NCBI RefSeq assembly: GCF_963921235.1
Contig: NC_086108.1
Location: 72,046,001-72,110,000, forward strand
Direction of reading: 5' to 3'
DNA: 64,000 nucleotides
Origin: Mobula hypostoma
Taxonomy: Eukaryota
The notes below the pieces were generated by a model that did no database searches, was not told where the DNA came from, and worked only from the letters and a program-made list of their open reading frames with translations. A program made the translations under genes and the position numbers. This document shows, one piece after another, positions 24,601 to 37,081 of this stretch (position 1 is its first letter; every line of letters begins with the position of its first letter).

Positions 24601-26607
24601 AGACAGCGAGGATGCAAAAACCCTGATCAACGGAGGCCTCAGTTTGTCACTCAGGTCCTGGCCTGTGCTATAGCTCTGAGAAATGAGCACATACCGCAAA
24701 GAACACCTTCCAATGTCTATGGTGCAGTCTAAATATAATAGGGATAGCTTCTTCCAAAACTCAGCTGCTGAGGTACTCACATAATGGATGTCTAATGTGA
24801 TTTCAAATGTGTCTCTTCATTACTATCCTCATGGCCATGGCTCATTACTCAGTGTACAGTCAGGATTACAGGGTAGATGGCAAAGCAAAGAACTTGTTGA
24901 CAGAATGCCACGAGAAACAACCCTTCCTCATCTGAACCTCTCCCTCAGTGAAGAGCGCATTCACATGCTCAAGTTTTCATGTCGGGATGGCACGACAGCT
25001 TTCTCTGTTCAGTTCAAGGCTGTGTGGACTCTCATACAGTATACCTCACAGACCAGAGCTTTAGATAAAGGTAGGAACAGTATCCCTCTGTGGCAATCAC
25101 AATAACCATTCCTTCCTGTGTGCCAGAGTGATTGTACCCGTTAGGGCCGAAGCCATTCTCTGGATGCTGCACAGCAAAGCACCAGGAGGTGCGTAAAGCT
25201 GGGTGATTTCCTGCGAGGAATCAGGCAGCTATTGCCTTAGCTCTTGCTCCTGGCAGTAAACTACTCTAGCACTGTATTGGTTTATTATTGTCATATGTAC
25301 TGAGGTGCAGCGGAAAAGTGTGTAGCACATTCTGTTTAGATGGCCCACACACAAAAGTTTTCACTGGGTATACGAATGCCATGCTCACTGAAGGAGAGGT
25401 GCAAACACATTTTGGAACAATGTTATGGGGAATCTGATTGGTATTAGGGCTTCAAAAATTGGTGCAAATCAATTTCTGGTCAATTTTTAAAGTTTCTGCA
25501 CCCTGAGATGTTAAAGTGAAATTCTGTATCAATACAACTGGTGAGAGATGCTAAGAAGTTGGAGCAGAGCAGTTACATGACTGGGTTGGTAATCCAGAAA
25601 TAATCTTCAAAATGTCAATTTAACTCCACATTGGAGGTTTTTCAATTTGAATGCTGCTCAAAGTAAACAATTCTTAAAAACTTACAAAAAAAAACAAATA
25701 AAATTTGTGTTACTTCAGTTCTGGCTAACATAATATTGGTCTGTACTTTGCAGGGAAACCAGCTGCTAAGGTTCCCCATGGAGGGATTGTAGTCAGCAGC
25801 GACAGTCCACAGTTCTAGTGGAACAATGTGGCCATTTTTTGAATGTACTGCTGAATCATACAGTGGTCAGGAAGAATTACTAGATTATGGTAATTTCCCA
25901 CCGCTTGCATTTGGTATTCCTATAGAAGCAACCTTTGCAAGGTCAATGCTTTTTTTAATCTCATAAAGAGTGAGGTGGCATTTTTGGAAGAACAACATCA
26001 GATTGAGAGCATATTTTATTATTTCTAGTTGACTGCAAAACCTTTCTCCATTGCTGAAGATGCTGCTTGACTTGTCCGTACGGAAAGTTTGGTCCACTTA
26101 CATACCCCGTGACGTTTTCATTGGTACCAGGAAGAAAATCAAATTGAGGAGATTAATTGAAGATGAACTATATGTGGTCACAAGCTATGGTTTGACTATA
26201 AATCTTTCCTATCTACATAATTAATATTAATGTTTTTTTTGGGGGGAAAGAACTCTTTGGTGTCCAAAACCATTTAGTGGATATTGCAAGGAAGACATTA
26301 TTAGTGTTGTCATAATTATGAAAAGATGTATTTAATGCTTTCTCTTATTTCAAAATACTCCAAAACAATTTATTTCTTTATTACTTTAAAATCCCATCAC
26401 ATGAACAAATGCTTCATGCTCCCTCAACCTGATTTTGCTTTGCTTTCCAGAGTGGTGTAACTGTACATACTGATTTACAAGTGACGCTTCGCCAACACCC
26501 ATTCAAAACAAGAAGCTGGCCCAGTTTTTAGGCAGTAGAACTTTTTCAGCTGCCTTCATTCGATTTTGTTGGTTTGAAAATTGTTTCCTCTCCCACCAGC
26601 AGAACCC

Positions 26608-26970
26608 TGGCGTGGTGGTTAAGTTACTGGACATAACCAGAAGCCTGGGCCTTTATTTCAAAAATCTGAGTTTGAAATGTGTCTTTACAACTAAGAAATT
26701 TAAAGTTTTGTGACTAAATAAATCTGGAATAGGAATCCAGACTCAGTAATACTGATCATGAAAGTACAGAATTTTATAGAATCCCAGCTGGTTCATGGAT
26801 GTCACTCAGAGAAGGACTCTAGTTTGTCCTTGTCTGGTCTGGTTTGCATGTGACTCCAAATTCACAGCAATATTATGGACTCTTTACTGCTGTTTGAAAT
26901 CACCCAGCAAGTCCCTTGCTAAAGGAGCAGTTAAGGGATAGTCAATAAATGCCTGCCTTACCAGTGCATA
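26608..26970 (+). mobile_element. Old tRNA-derived SINE
   Basis: A-box-like TGGCGTGGTGGTTA, B-box-like GAGTTTGAAAT, body AATAAATCTGGAATA...GTGACTCCA..CACAGCAAT, tail AATAAATGCCTGCCTT. Confidence 0.6.
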
Positions 26971-28164
26971 CCAACTTGCTCTTCAACTTGTCACTAAAAC
27001 TTAAGTTTAAGCACTATATATAAGTACCATCTGAGTAGTAGTGCTGATCTTGGAAGTTAACTATTTCAAGCCTGGACTCCTATCAGGTTTTGAAATTATT
27101 ATAATGTTTTCATTTATTAATTTAATGTTTTGTTCACCCACTTTAAATCTTGTTCTTTCTGAGTTTAATTCAAAATCTTTTAAACTTTATCAGTTTAGAT
27201 TCCCGATTTAAATATGGTCCCAATTAACACATCCTCTCATCAATAGCAAGACTGTACACATCAGTGTTTACATTCCTGCATGCCATGGCATGATTTGTGG
27301 CAGGCAGAATATATTTACATTCAGGGCATTGATAGTAATTTTTGGCCTCTTGTGTGGAAAATGTGACAGCATTGCTTTAAAGCCCATTGACTTTAAATTG
27401 CAGTAATTAGAACCATGCCTACCTTCATATGACAGCTGATACCGTGCTCGACAGACTCCTTGTTCATTAGTTATGGCATACGAAACCTCAAAAGACCAAA
27501 AAGAAAACTGCTGCTCATTTGTTTCTATTAATTAGAATGTACACTTTATTTGAGGCAGAGTGCAGATTCTTATTTACATTTCAAATATTGTGAAGCTGTT
27601 CTTTCCTGATGCCAGGATCTCTGAGCTTTGATTTTATGAGCTCTACAAGTGCATACCATGGAGCCTCGGGAGCCACATATAAAGATTCATTCCATTTTCC
27701 TATTAACTTGTAAACCCAGTTAGCGCAGCATTCCAGTTGATGATACCAGAAGACTTCAAAGTTCTGATTTGAAATTCGCCCTTTGGGGCTACAACAAGGC
27801 ATAAAGCAACTATTTGAAAGCTTCTCTATCCAGTACTTTTTTAAATGAGAAAAGTTGTTAAGAAAGTGTAAGCACTAAAAAAATACAGCTGGCTGACCCA
27901 ATTGCAAATACTTTATGGATTTTTACGATGAGTGACGATTTGCATGGCAGAAAAGATTTTAGAAAATTAATACTTATTCTAAAGGCAGGAAATACTTTCT
28001 TAAAGTTAAGCAACTGTTTGCTAGAAGGATGGCTGGAGTGGGAACGAGGAAGCAGCAGTCTAGTGAGAATACAAACTTGTCTTTGAGCCTTTATCACTCA
28101 TTGACTACTCCTTCTCCAATCTATTTTCCCTACCAAAGTTCCTGCATGACTACGATCACTCCTA

Positions 28165-29783
28165 CACTCCTGATTGAAAATCAGAGCCTCTGAAAATTGA
28201 GAACCTGAGCCTCTGTACCTCCCTCCGCAACTGGATCCTCGACTTCCAAACCCGACGACCACAATCTGTGCGGATTGGAAATAACATCTCCACCTCACTG
28301 ACAATCAACGTTAGTGCATCTCAGGGATGTGAGCTGAGCCCACTGTTCTACTCCCTTTACACCCATATCTATGTGGCTAGGCACAGCTCAAATGCCATCT
28401 ATAAATTTTGCTGATGGTACAACCATAGTTGGCAGAATCTCAGAGGGTGATGAGAGGGCATACAGGAGCCATATATACCAGCTAGTCGAGTGGTGTTGCA
28501 GCAACAACCTTGCACTGAATGTCAGTAAGACCAAGGAGCTGATTGTGGACTTCAGGAAAGGTAAGATAAGGGAATACACACCAGTCCACGTAGAGTATTC
28601 AGAAGTGGAGAGATCAAAGCAATTTCAAATTCCTGGGTATCAATATCTCTGAGGACCTAACCTGGTCCCAACATATCGATGCAGCCATAAGGAAGGCAAG
28701 ACGGTGGCTGTATTTCTAGGAGTTTGAGGAGATTTGGTATGTCACCTGAAACATTCAAATTTCTACAGATATAGCGTGGGGAGCATTCTAACTGGCTGCA
28801 TTATTGTCTGGTCTGGGGGTAGGAGGTGTGGAAGCTACGGCACAGGATCAAAGTAAACTGCAGAGAGTTGTAAAATTAGTCAGTTCTGTCATAGGGCTAC
28901 CCTCCGTAGAATCTAAGACATCTTCAAGGTGTGGTGTCTCAAAAAGGTAGTATCCATTATTAAGGACCTCCACCACCCAGGGCATGCCCTTTTCTCACTG
29001 TTACCATCAGGTAGGAGATACAGAAGCCTGAAGGCACACACTCAGTGATACAGGAACGGTTTCCTCCCCTCTGCCATCCGATTTCTGTATGGACATTGAA
29101 CCCATGAATACTACCTCACGACTTTTTATTTCTGTTTTTGCACTACATATTTAATATAACTATTTAATATACATATCTCTGGCTATCCATCCCATAGGAT
29201 GATGATGGTTCCTTTCAGTCAGTTAGTGGGGTGGTACCCCGCTCCTCAGAAAGGAACAGCGTGTGCGTGAATGGATTTAGGTGAGTTGGGGGTTGCACAG
29301 GTCCAGACCCACCCTCTCAACATCCCCTCCCGGATCCAGCGACATGGTGGGGTCCAAGATGGCTGGGGGAAGTTCTGTTGCAGTGAATGGCCAGACCAAG
29401 CTTCGATGCAAAGGATGCCCTTTCCGCGCTTCACGGCACGTGTATGCTAGATGGCCGTCGACCCTACGGGAGGGTTCACCTGCCCTTTGACAGATCTTGT
29501 TTTTCGTCCTGCAGGGTGTCTAGCCACCCTCCTCACCAGGCAAGCCTGATGGGGGAGCTGGGTTAGTCGCCGACCACCTGACCATGCGACAGGTAGTAAG
29601 TACTGGGTTACACAGTACCAGTAGCACTCAGACGAGTGACCTGACCTGAATTTAATATACATATCTAATTACTGTAGTTCAGTTTTTTCTATATTACCAT
29701 GTATTGCATTGTACTGCAGCCAGAAAGTTAACAAATTTCACAACATATGCTGGTGATATTAAAGCTGATTCTGATTCTGATTC
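28165..29783 (+). mobile_element. Rex1/Babar LINE 3' part ending in (ATTCTG)n, interrupted by a 471-bp insertion
   Basis: ORF 28371-28652 FADGTTIVGRISEGDERAYR...WCCSNNLALNVSKTKELIVDFRK; tail CTGATTCTGATTCTGATTCT at ~29765-29784. Confidence 0.9.
29179..29649 (-). mobile_element. 471-bp GC-rich non-coding retroposon with perfect 17-bp TSD (RTE-related, tentative; orientation uncertain)
   Basis: ATTTAATATACATATCT at 29162-29178 and 29650-29666; no recognisable ORF or Pol III boxes. Confidence 0.8.
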
Positions 29784-29933
29784 TTACTAATGGCTCTCAT
29801 TCTTCTTGTTAATACCTTTCAGGAGGAGGTACTCAAAACTTTGGGAACAGCTTCATCCACTCCACTATCAAATTTCTAAATTGACCATGAATCCATGAAC
29901 ACTGCCTTTTTATTCTTTTGTTTGCATTATTTA

Positions 29934-32470
29934 CAGTGCCTATAAAATGTATTCACCCCTATCCACCCAACCCCCCCCAGAAGTTTTCATATTTTATTGT
30001 TTTAAAACATTGAATCACAATGGATTTAATTTGGCTTTTTTTGATTCCAATCAACAGAAAAAGAGTCTTTCATGTCAAAGCGAAACCAAATCTCTACAAA
30101 GTGATCTAAATTAATTACAAATATAAAACACAAAATAATTGATTGCATAAGTAGAGATCTTATGTAGAGATCTGCTTTCACTTTGATACAAAAGAGCCTT
30201 TTTCTGTTGATAGTGTCAAGTCAGTGTTTAGAAGATACACCTTTGGCAGCAATTACAGCCTTGAGTCTGTGTGGATAGGTCTCTATCAGCTTGGCACATC
30301 TGGACACTGCAATTTTCCCCCATTCTTTACAAAGCTCCTCAAGCTCTGCCAAATTGCATTGGAATCAAGTCCAGCCACAAATTCTCAGCTGGATTGAGGT
30401 CTGGACACTGACTTGGGCACTCCAAGACATTAACTTTGTTTTTTTTTTAAGCCATTCCTGCGGAACTTTGGGCTTGTGCTTGAGGTCATTGTTTTGCTGG
30501 AAAAAAATCTTCTCCCAAGTCACAGTTCTCTGGCAGACTGCATCAGGTTTTCCTCCAGTATTTCTCTGTATTTTGCTGCATTCATTTTACCCTCTACCTT
30601 CACAAGCCCCGCAGGGCCTGCTGCAGTGAAGCATCCCCACAGCATGATGCAGCCACCACCGTGCTTCACAGTAGGGATGGTGTGTTTTAGATAGTGTGCA
30701 TAGCATTTAGTCTGATGGCCAAAATGCTCAGTTTTGGTTTTGTCAGACTGGAGGACTTTCTTCCAGCTGAATTCAGAGTCTCCCACATGCCTTTTGGCAA
30801 ACTCTAGCCGAGATTTCATACGAGATTTTTTCAACAATAGCTTTCTCGTTGCCATTTTCCCATAAAGCTGCGACTGGTGAAACACAGTTGTTATACACAC
30901 AGTCTCTTCTATCTCAGCCACTGAAGCTAGTGACTCTTGCGGAGCTGTCATACGTCTCTTGGTGACCTCCCGTCACTAGTCCCCTCCTTGCACGGTCACT
31001 CAGTTTTTCAGGACGGCCTGCTCTAGGCAGATTTACAGCTGTGCCATATTCTTTCCTTTTTTGATGATTGACTTAACTGTGCTCCAAGTAGTATTCAGTG
31101 ACTCGGAAATTTTCATGTATCCAACTCCTGACTTGTGTGCTTTTCAATAACTTTTTTGTGGAGTTGCTTGGAGAGTTCTTTCGTCTTCATGATGTAGCGT
31201 TTGCCAGGATATTGACTCATCTGCAGTTAGACCTTCCAGATACAGGTGTACTTTTCCTACTGTTACGAGAATACACATAAAATTAAGATGTTTGCTGGCC
31301 TGGGTTAGCATCAGTGACATCAGCAGTTGGTCTGCCACCTGCCCTCAGGGGAAGGAGAGATGAGGAACAATGGAGCAGCGTCTGGAGATGTGTAATGAAG
31401 GGACGTGGGAGAGAGAGAGCTGTCTGGAGCGGCTCCCCCCTTTGAACCCTGAACTGTTTGAAGTGATGGACAGGCGATACCCCAGCAGGGGGATAAAAAG
31501 GGACAGGTTCGCTAAGACAGGGACACACGCCACCCGAGGTAACGAGACCCTGGAAGCGGTGCGCCTCTCACGAGTGGGTGAGAAGTATCAGACAACGACA
31601 AGGGTGGAAAGGTACGATCAGCGGGAACCCGGTGTGTGTCCGCCCTTGCCTGGGTGCCGGGTTCACTGCAGAGGATCGACCGCATCTGGAGGAGGGGTCA
31701 CAGTCGGTGACCTCAGGTGACATCACCAAGGACCCGCCCAAAAGCTGTTTGTGAACCATCTCGCTGGTCTGTGAGTGAAGCAGTGTTCTGAATGATCAGT
31801 TGTTCCTATTCTATCTCTCTCTTCCCCCACGTTGTCCATCGCCATGGCAACGATTACTGCGAACTGAACTGGACTGAACTTTGAGTCATTTTGAAATTTG
31901 GTCATTTACCCCTAGACAACGATAGAGCTTGATTGATGCTGTTATCTTAATTCTGTGCACATGTGCGTTTATCATCGCTGAACTGTTGCATTTATTATCC
32001 TTTCGATTACTGTGTTGCTCGTTTCTTTAATAAAACTTTCTTAGTTCTAGTACTCCAGACTCCAACTGAGTGATCCATTTCTGCTGGTTTGGCAACCCAG
32101 TTACGGGGTACGTAACACTACAATCAATTGAAATGCCTTGACTCCACACGGTAATCTCTATTTAACTAATTATGTGACCTCTAAAACCAATTAGCTGCAC
32201 CAGTGGTGATTTGGTGTGTCATATTAAAGGAGTAAAGAGGGGAGGAGGGTTAAATGAATACTTATGCAATCAATTGTTTTGTGTTTCATAGTTGTAATTA
32301 ATTTAGATCACTTTGTAGAGATCTGTTTTCACTTTGACACAAAAGAGCCTTTTTCTGTTGATCAGTGTCAAAAAAAAACAAATTTAATCGACTGAGATTC
32401 AATGTTATGAAACAATAAAACCTGAAAACTTCCGAGGTGGGGGTGAGGTGAATACATTTTATAGGCCCCG
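29934..32470 (-). mobile_element. Second Tc1 IR/DR transposon (decayed), inserted in a Rex/Babar tail and carrying a solo LTR
   Basis: TA-CAGTGCCTATAAAATGTATTCACC ... GGTGAATACATTTTATAGGCCCCG-TA; ~220-bp TIRs; ORF 30520-30951 RLEFAKRH...[27 protein letters not shown]. Host tail resumes at 32471 and ends ATTCTGA at ~32577. Confidence 0.92.
31261..32117 (+). mobile_element. Solo LTR (857 bp), young-looking, 4-bp TSD CTAC
   Basis: Perfect 7-bp terminal inversion TGTTACG...CGTAACA; CTAC at 31257-31260 and 32118-32121; CpG-rich; AATAAA near 32028. Confidence 0.9.
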
Positions 32471-33539
32471 TATTTATTTTGTAATTTATAGTAATTTTTA
32501 TGTCTTTACACTGTACTGCTGCAGCAAAATAATGAGGTTCACGTCAAATATGTCAGTGATAATAAACCTGATTCTGAAAATGATGCAAACACGAGGAAAT
32601 CTGCAGATGCTGGAAATTCAAGCAACTGGCCTGCTGCGCTCCATCAGCATTTTGTGTGTGTTGTCTGAATATGATGCTGTGGGTTTTGTCCATCTTTCTC
32701 TTAGTTCTCATTCAATCAAACTCTTGTATCTCTCTGGCATTATTCTGGATTTGTGAAGTCACAAAGAAACACTCGCTGCCTCTAGAGACTCGGATGCGTT
32801 ATCTTTTCACAGCTTCCTCCGGTCCTCTGCAGCCTTTGAGCTTTCAGTCCTTCCCTTGTGCTGAGCTCCCTCTCTCTTACTATATCATCTTTGAAAATAC
32901 CATAAAATTGATGATAAAATGCAAAATAAAATACATTAAAATATTGTGGTCATAAAAAATTGTTAATTCAAAAGTAATATGTTTCCAAATTTAGTGCTGC
33001 TGCTGGTTTTGTGGCTATGGTCTTACTGACACTTGCTGTAAAATGGTGGTCAGAACGCACACTTAGATGTTGAAATACAAGCAGGTCCAGATATCTTTGT
33101 ATGTGCATTCAGATGCTGAATCCCCGAGCTACTGTATCTGAATGATGGATGAGAACATATTTATTAATAACTCTCCTTCCTGGGGCAGATACAGAGCTCA
33201 TCTTGCTGAGATCATACTTGAGAATGAGTTCTTGGATGCTATATCCTGGCTCAGCATCTGACCCTCAAATGATTTCAGTGGTGATTGCAGAGCTACTGGG
33301 AAGATAGGGATGAAGGTAAGTTACTTTTTCAATGATTCATGTACTGTTTTAGGTTGTCTATTATTTAAACATCTTTTAAACTAATTATTACAATTTTCAT
33401 TTTATTTTCATGGTTTTTAAATGTATCTGAATGACTGAATTCTGAATGTGGGTGGAAAATTATGAGAGGTGTATTCCTATGAAAGGTATTACAATGGACA
33501 GAATATATAAATATTTGGATAGATAGGGCCTGTTTAGGG

Positions 33540-34940
33540 ACTGACAACATGGTTTTGTGTGTGGCAAGTCATGACTGACAGACTTTCTTGAGGAGGTTAC
33601 CAGGAAAGCTGGTGAAGGAAAGGCAGTAGACATTATCTACAAGGACTTGAGCAAGGCCGTGACAAAGTCCTGCATGGCAGCTGTGTCCAGAAAGTTAAAT
33701 TGCTTGGCATTCAGGATGAACCAATCAAGTGGATTCAATGTTGGATTAGTGGGAGAAGCCAAGGTGGATGGTAGCTCTTCACCCCAGGATAGGGGAGTCC
33801 AAAACTAAGAGGCAAAGGTTTAGGGTGAACTGGGAAAGATTTAAAAAGGGCATGAGGGACAAATGTTTCACGCAGAGGGTGGAGAGAGTATCGTTTAAGA
33901 TGCACTTGGATAGGTATATGGAGGGGTGAGATTTATAGTGATATGAGCCAAACGCAGGAAATTGGGATTAGCACAGTGGGCACTGTGGCCATCATGAACT
34001 AGTTGGGCCAAAGGGCCTGTATCATGCTGTACTACTCTCCAATATTCCAATCGCTTTAACAGCTGAGGGATCTCATTGAAACCTATTGAATATTGAAAAG
34101 TGGAAGTGGAGAGGAGGTTTCACATAGTAGGAGATTCTCGGAGCAGAGGGCACAGGCTCAGAAGCTTGTCCCTTTAGAGCAGAGGTGAGGAGTAATTTCT
34201 TTTGCCAGAGGTTTGTGAATCCATGGAGTTCATTGCCACAGACGGCTGTAGAAGCCAAGTTAATGGATACACTTGAAGTGGAGGTTCATAAATTCAGGGA
34301 GAGACAGAGAATGGAGTTGAGAGGGATAGTGAATCATCAGACCAGATGTGCTAAATAGCCTAATTCTACTCCTCCACTGGTGAGGCCTCACCTCAAGTAT
34401 TGTGAATAGTTTTGGGCCCCTCATCTTAGAAAAGATGTGCTGGCATTGGAGAGGGTCCAGAGGAGGTTCACAAGGATGATTCTAGGAATGAAAGGGTTAT
34501 CATACGAGGAACATTTGATAGCTCTGGGTCTGTACTCACTGGAATTCAGAAGGATGAGGGTGGATCTCATTGAAACCTTTCGAATGTTGAAAGGCCGAGA
34601 CAGAGTAGGTGTAGAAAGGATATTTCCCATGATGGGAGAGTCTAGGACAAGAGGGCACAGCCTCAGGATAGAGTGGCGTCCTTTCAAAACAGAGATACGG
34701 AGAGATTTCTTTAGTGGTGAATTTGTGGAAATTGTTGTCACAAGCAGCTGTGGAGACTAGATTGTTGCGTGTATTTAAGACAGATTTTGATAGATTCTTG
34801 ACTGGACATAGCATCAAAGATTACAGGGAGAGGGCTGAGAACTGGGGTTGAGGAGGAGAAGATAGGCCATGATTGAATGGCAGAGCAGACTCGATGGCCC
34901 AGATGGTCTGGTTCCGCTCCTGTGTCTTCTGGTCTTATGG
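33540..34940 (+). mobile_element. Three tandem CR1 3' fragments
   Basis: ORF 34437-34760 LERVQRRFTRMILGMKGLSYEEHLIALGLYSLEFRRMRVDLIETF; RT-like VDIIYKDLSKA near 33625; CR1 tails near 34030, 34370 and 34935. Confidence 0.85.
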
Positions 34941-36344
34941 CAAAACTGGGAAATAGGCTAACTGAGCTTTTGGGCTTTCCATCTATCAAAGAAGTTAAAG
35001 GCTGATCTAAGTAGATGCAAGTGTTAGTTGCACAATTTTGGGCCCTTGTCCTTCTCAGGCCTTGCCACTGAAGTTTGGAACACTGAAGGTTAGCAAGTTA
35101 GATTTCTGCATCTGGTTATGTAGATTAGAGTGTGGACGAACCAAGGAAAATTGCTAGCACAATCCAGCTCAGTAGTGTGGGAAGTGATTTGGGGTTGGGG
35201 AAAAAAGTACCTCAGTGATCATGATAGCAGTGTACTGGGAGTTTCTGCTATTGTGGCAAATATTAAAAATGCATAGGTCCATTTATCAAGCAATGGAATA
35301 TATTTATAGTACAATGGAATACGTTAGTACTGCATCTGGAGCATACTTAATGGATGTACTTAGATGTGCTAAAGAGGTAGAAATGAACATTGTTAATGTG
35401 CTTATTCTGCAGAGAAGCGCAAGAAGTTCCTTCATGATCTCTTTGGTTGAAATGTGCTACTGATCAGTTATTCTATCAACAGCATCTGACAATGCCAAAA
35501 GTAGATGCTGGAAGTGGATTACGGAAAAGGATATGAGTGACTTTTTTGACTGGCTTAATAAAAAATGAATGCAAATTTGTTTTCCAAGCTCCAATCTTAG
35601 CAAGCTAAAATCTAGTTTCTCTTATCTCCATTAAGTAACTTTCTTTGAAAAATGATTAACAAGTGTGCTTGGGTTTATCACCAAAAATCTAAGATTGGCA
35701 TTGCACTAGGTGTTTTGTATGGGTGCCTGACTTGTGGAAATGACAGAATTCTGTCTTGCTTTTGCATCTGAGGAACAACTTTTCCACACTGAGGATAGTG
35801 GGTATATGGAATGAGCTGCCAGAGGATGTGTAGAGCCAGATGCAATTGAAAGGCATTTGGACAGATAGGAAACATTTAGAGGGAAATGAAACTAGCTCAG
35901 GCAGGTAGCTTGATTGGCAAGAAGGAACTGTGCAGAGGAGGCCATTTTTCAATGCCTCTTTTGCTTGCTGCCTATCAAAACACAGATTGTAGAAAACTCT
36001 AAAATTTCTTTTGAAAGCACACGCATGTTCTTACTTGATCCAAAGATGTAAAAGATAGAAAAATCTGGAAGTACTCAAGTTCAGCAGCTTGTCTGGAGAA
36101 GGAAACCCAATTAAGAAGAATGTATTGGCCATTCTTGTGGGGACAGGTGATATTTCCTACAACTCTTCACAACAATGATGCTTTTCCTCTTCCTCCACAC
36201 TTGACACTCAATCTTTTACTCCCCACGAGGTCTTTAATCATGTCATTAAATAAAATACTTTCTAGAACTAAAGTATAGTTAGAGGTGGTATAAAGAGAAC
36301 AGAAGACTAGGAATAGGTAATTTCAGAGGGTATTGTTGCAGAAC

Positions 36345-37081
36345 AAGCATTGCGTATAGAGTTATCTTGTTGGCAAGAAATCCTACACCATTGGCGTGTT
36401 TGTCAAATTCACCACTGTAGTATAGTATATGGTCTTCCTCAGTAAGATGTTCACTGAGGTTTTCCACCTGATTTCACAGAGTCCCACGGTTGCCAGGTAT
36501 GCCTCTCTAACTCATATTCGAGCTCCTGCATTTTCCCTGTTTGGGCAGGTGTTCTCACATTCCACGTGGCAAATGATATGTCTCTCCCACAGATCTTCTG
36601 TGTTGAGGTTACACCAGTAGCTTACTTAACACCTCCGCATCTGGTATGCAACGGATGGCGAAGTCCTTGGTGACCCAGGTGGTGACTGATCTGGTATGGG
36701 GTCTGTTGCTGTGTCCATCATGTCACGCATCTTGGGCTGGTGAGACCTGGAAGCGCCAATCTCTCTCCAGGCCAGACTACAGTAGATGTCCTCCAACTTG
36801 GTGGCTCACCCTGGTTTCAAACACATGGCTGTTGTAGTTCTTTGAGGAACTCATCCTCCCAGGCTGTTGATTTCATCAGTGAGGTCCTTCGTCCAGTGGT
36901 GCTGTGTTAACACCACCCGCTCATGTTGTTTAACCCGGCAGCTGAAGCCATGTACCAGGATGCGCCACTTGGAGGTAGACAGAAGAGATTTAGGAGATGC
37001 CCATCCACTATATGAGGTAGAGTTCAGCTGCCAGACATCAAAGGTACTAGGTTCTACCTCTGTCAAGAGCCCCCTACACCC
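36345..37081 (-). mobile_element. RTE LINE 5' UTR and start of APE endonuclease, inverted relative to the adjacent RT half
   Basis: Minus strand RDISFATWNVRTPAQTGKMQELEYEL...GLCEIRWK...EEDHILYYSGEFDKHANGVGFL. Confidence 0.85.

Noticed and set aside
24788..25105. 105-aa + strand ORF
   Set aside because: No recognisable homology or supporting neighbouring exons.
25754..26220. Possible + strand exons (MWPFFECTAESYSGQEELLDY and a downstream open stretch)
   Set aside because: The joined frame hits a stop immediately and the peptides are unrecognisable.
33113..33315. + strand exon-like segment with a perfect AAG|GTAAGT donor
   Set aside because: All three frames contain stops, and such 8-mers are expected about once or twice by chance in 64 kb. 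A non-coding exon cannot be excluded without RNA data.
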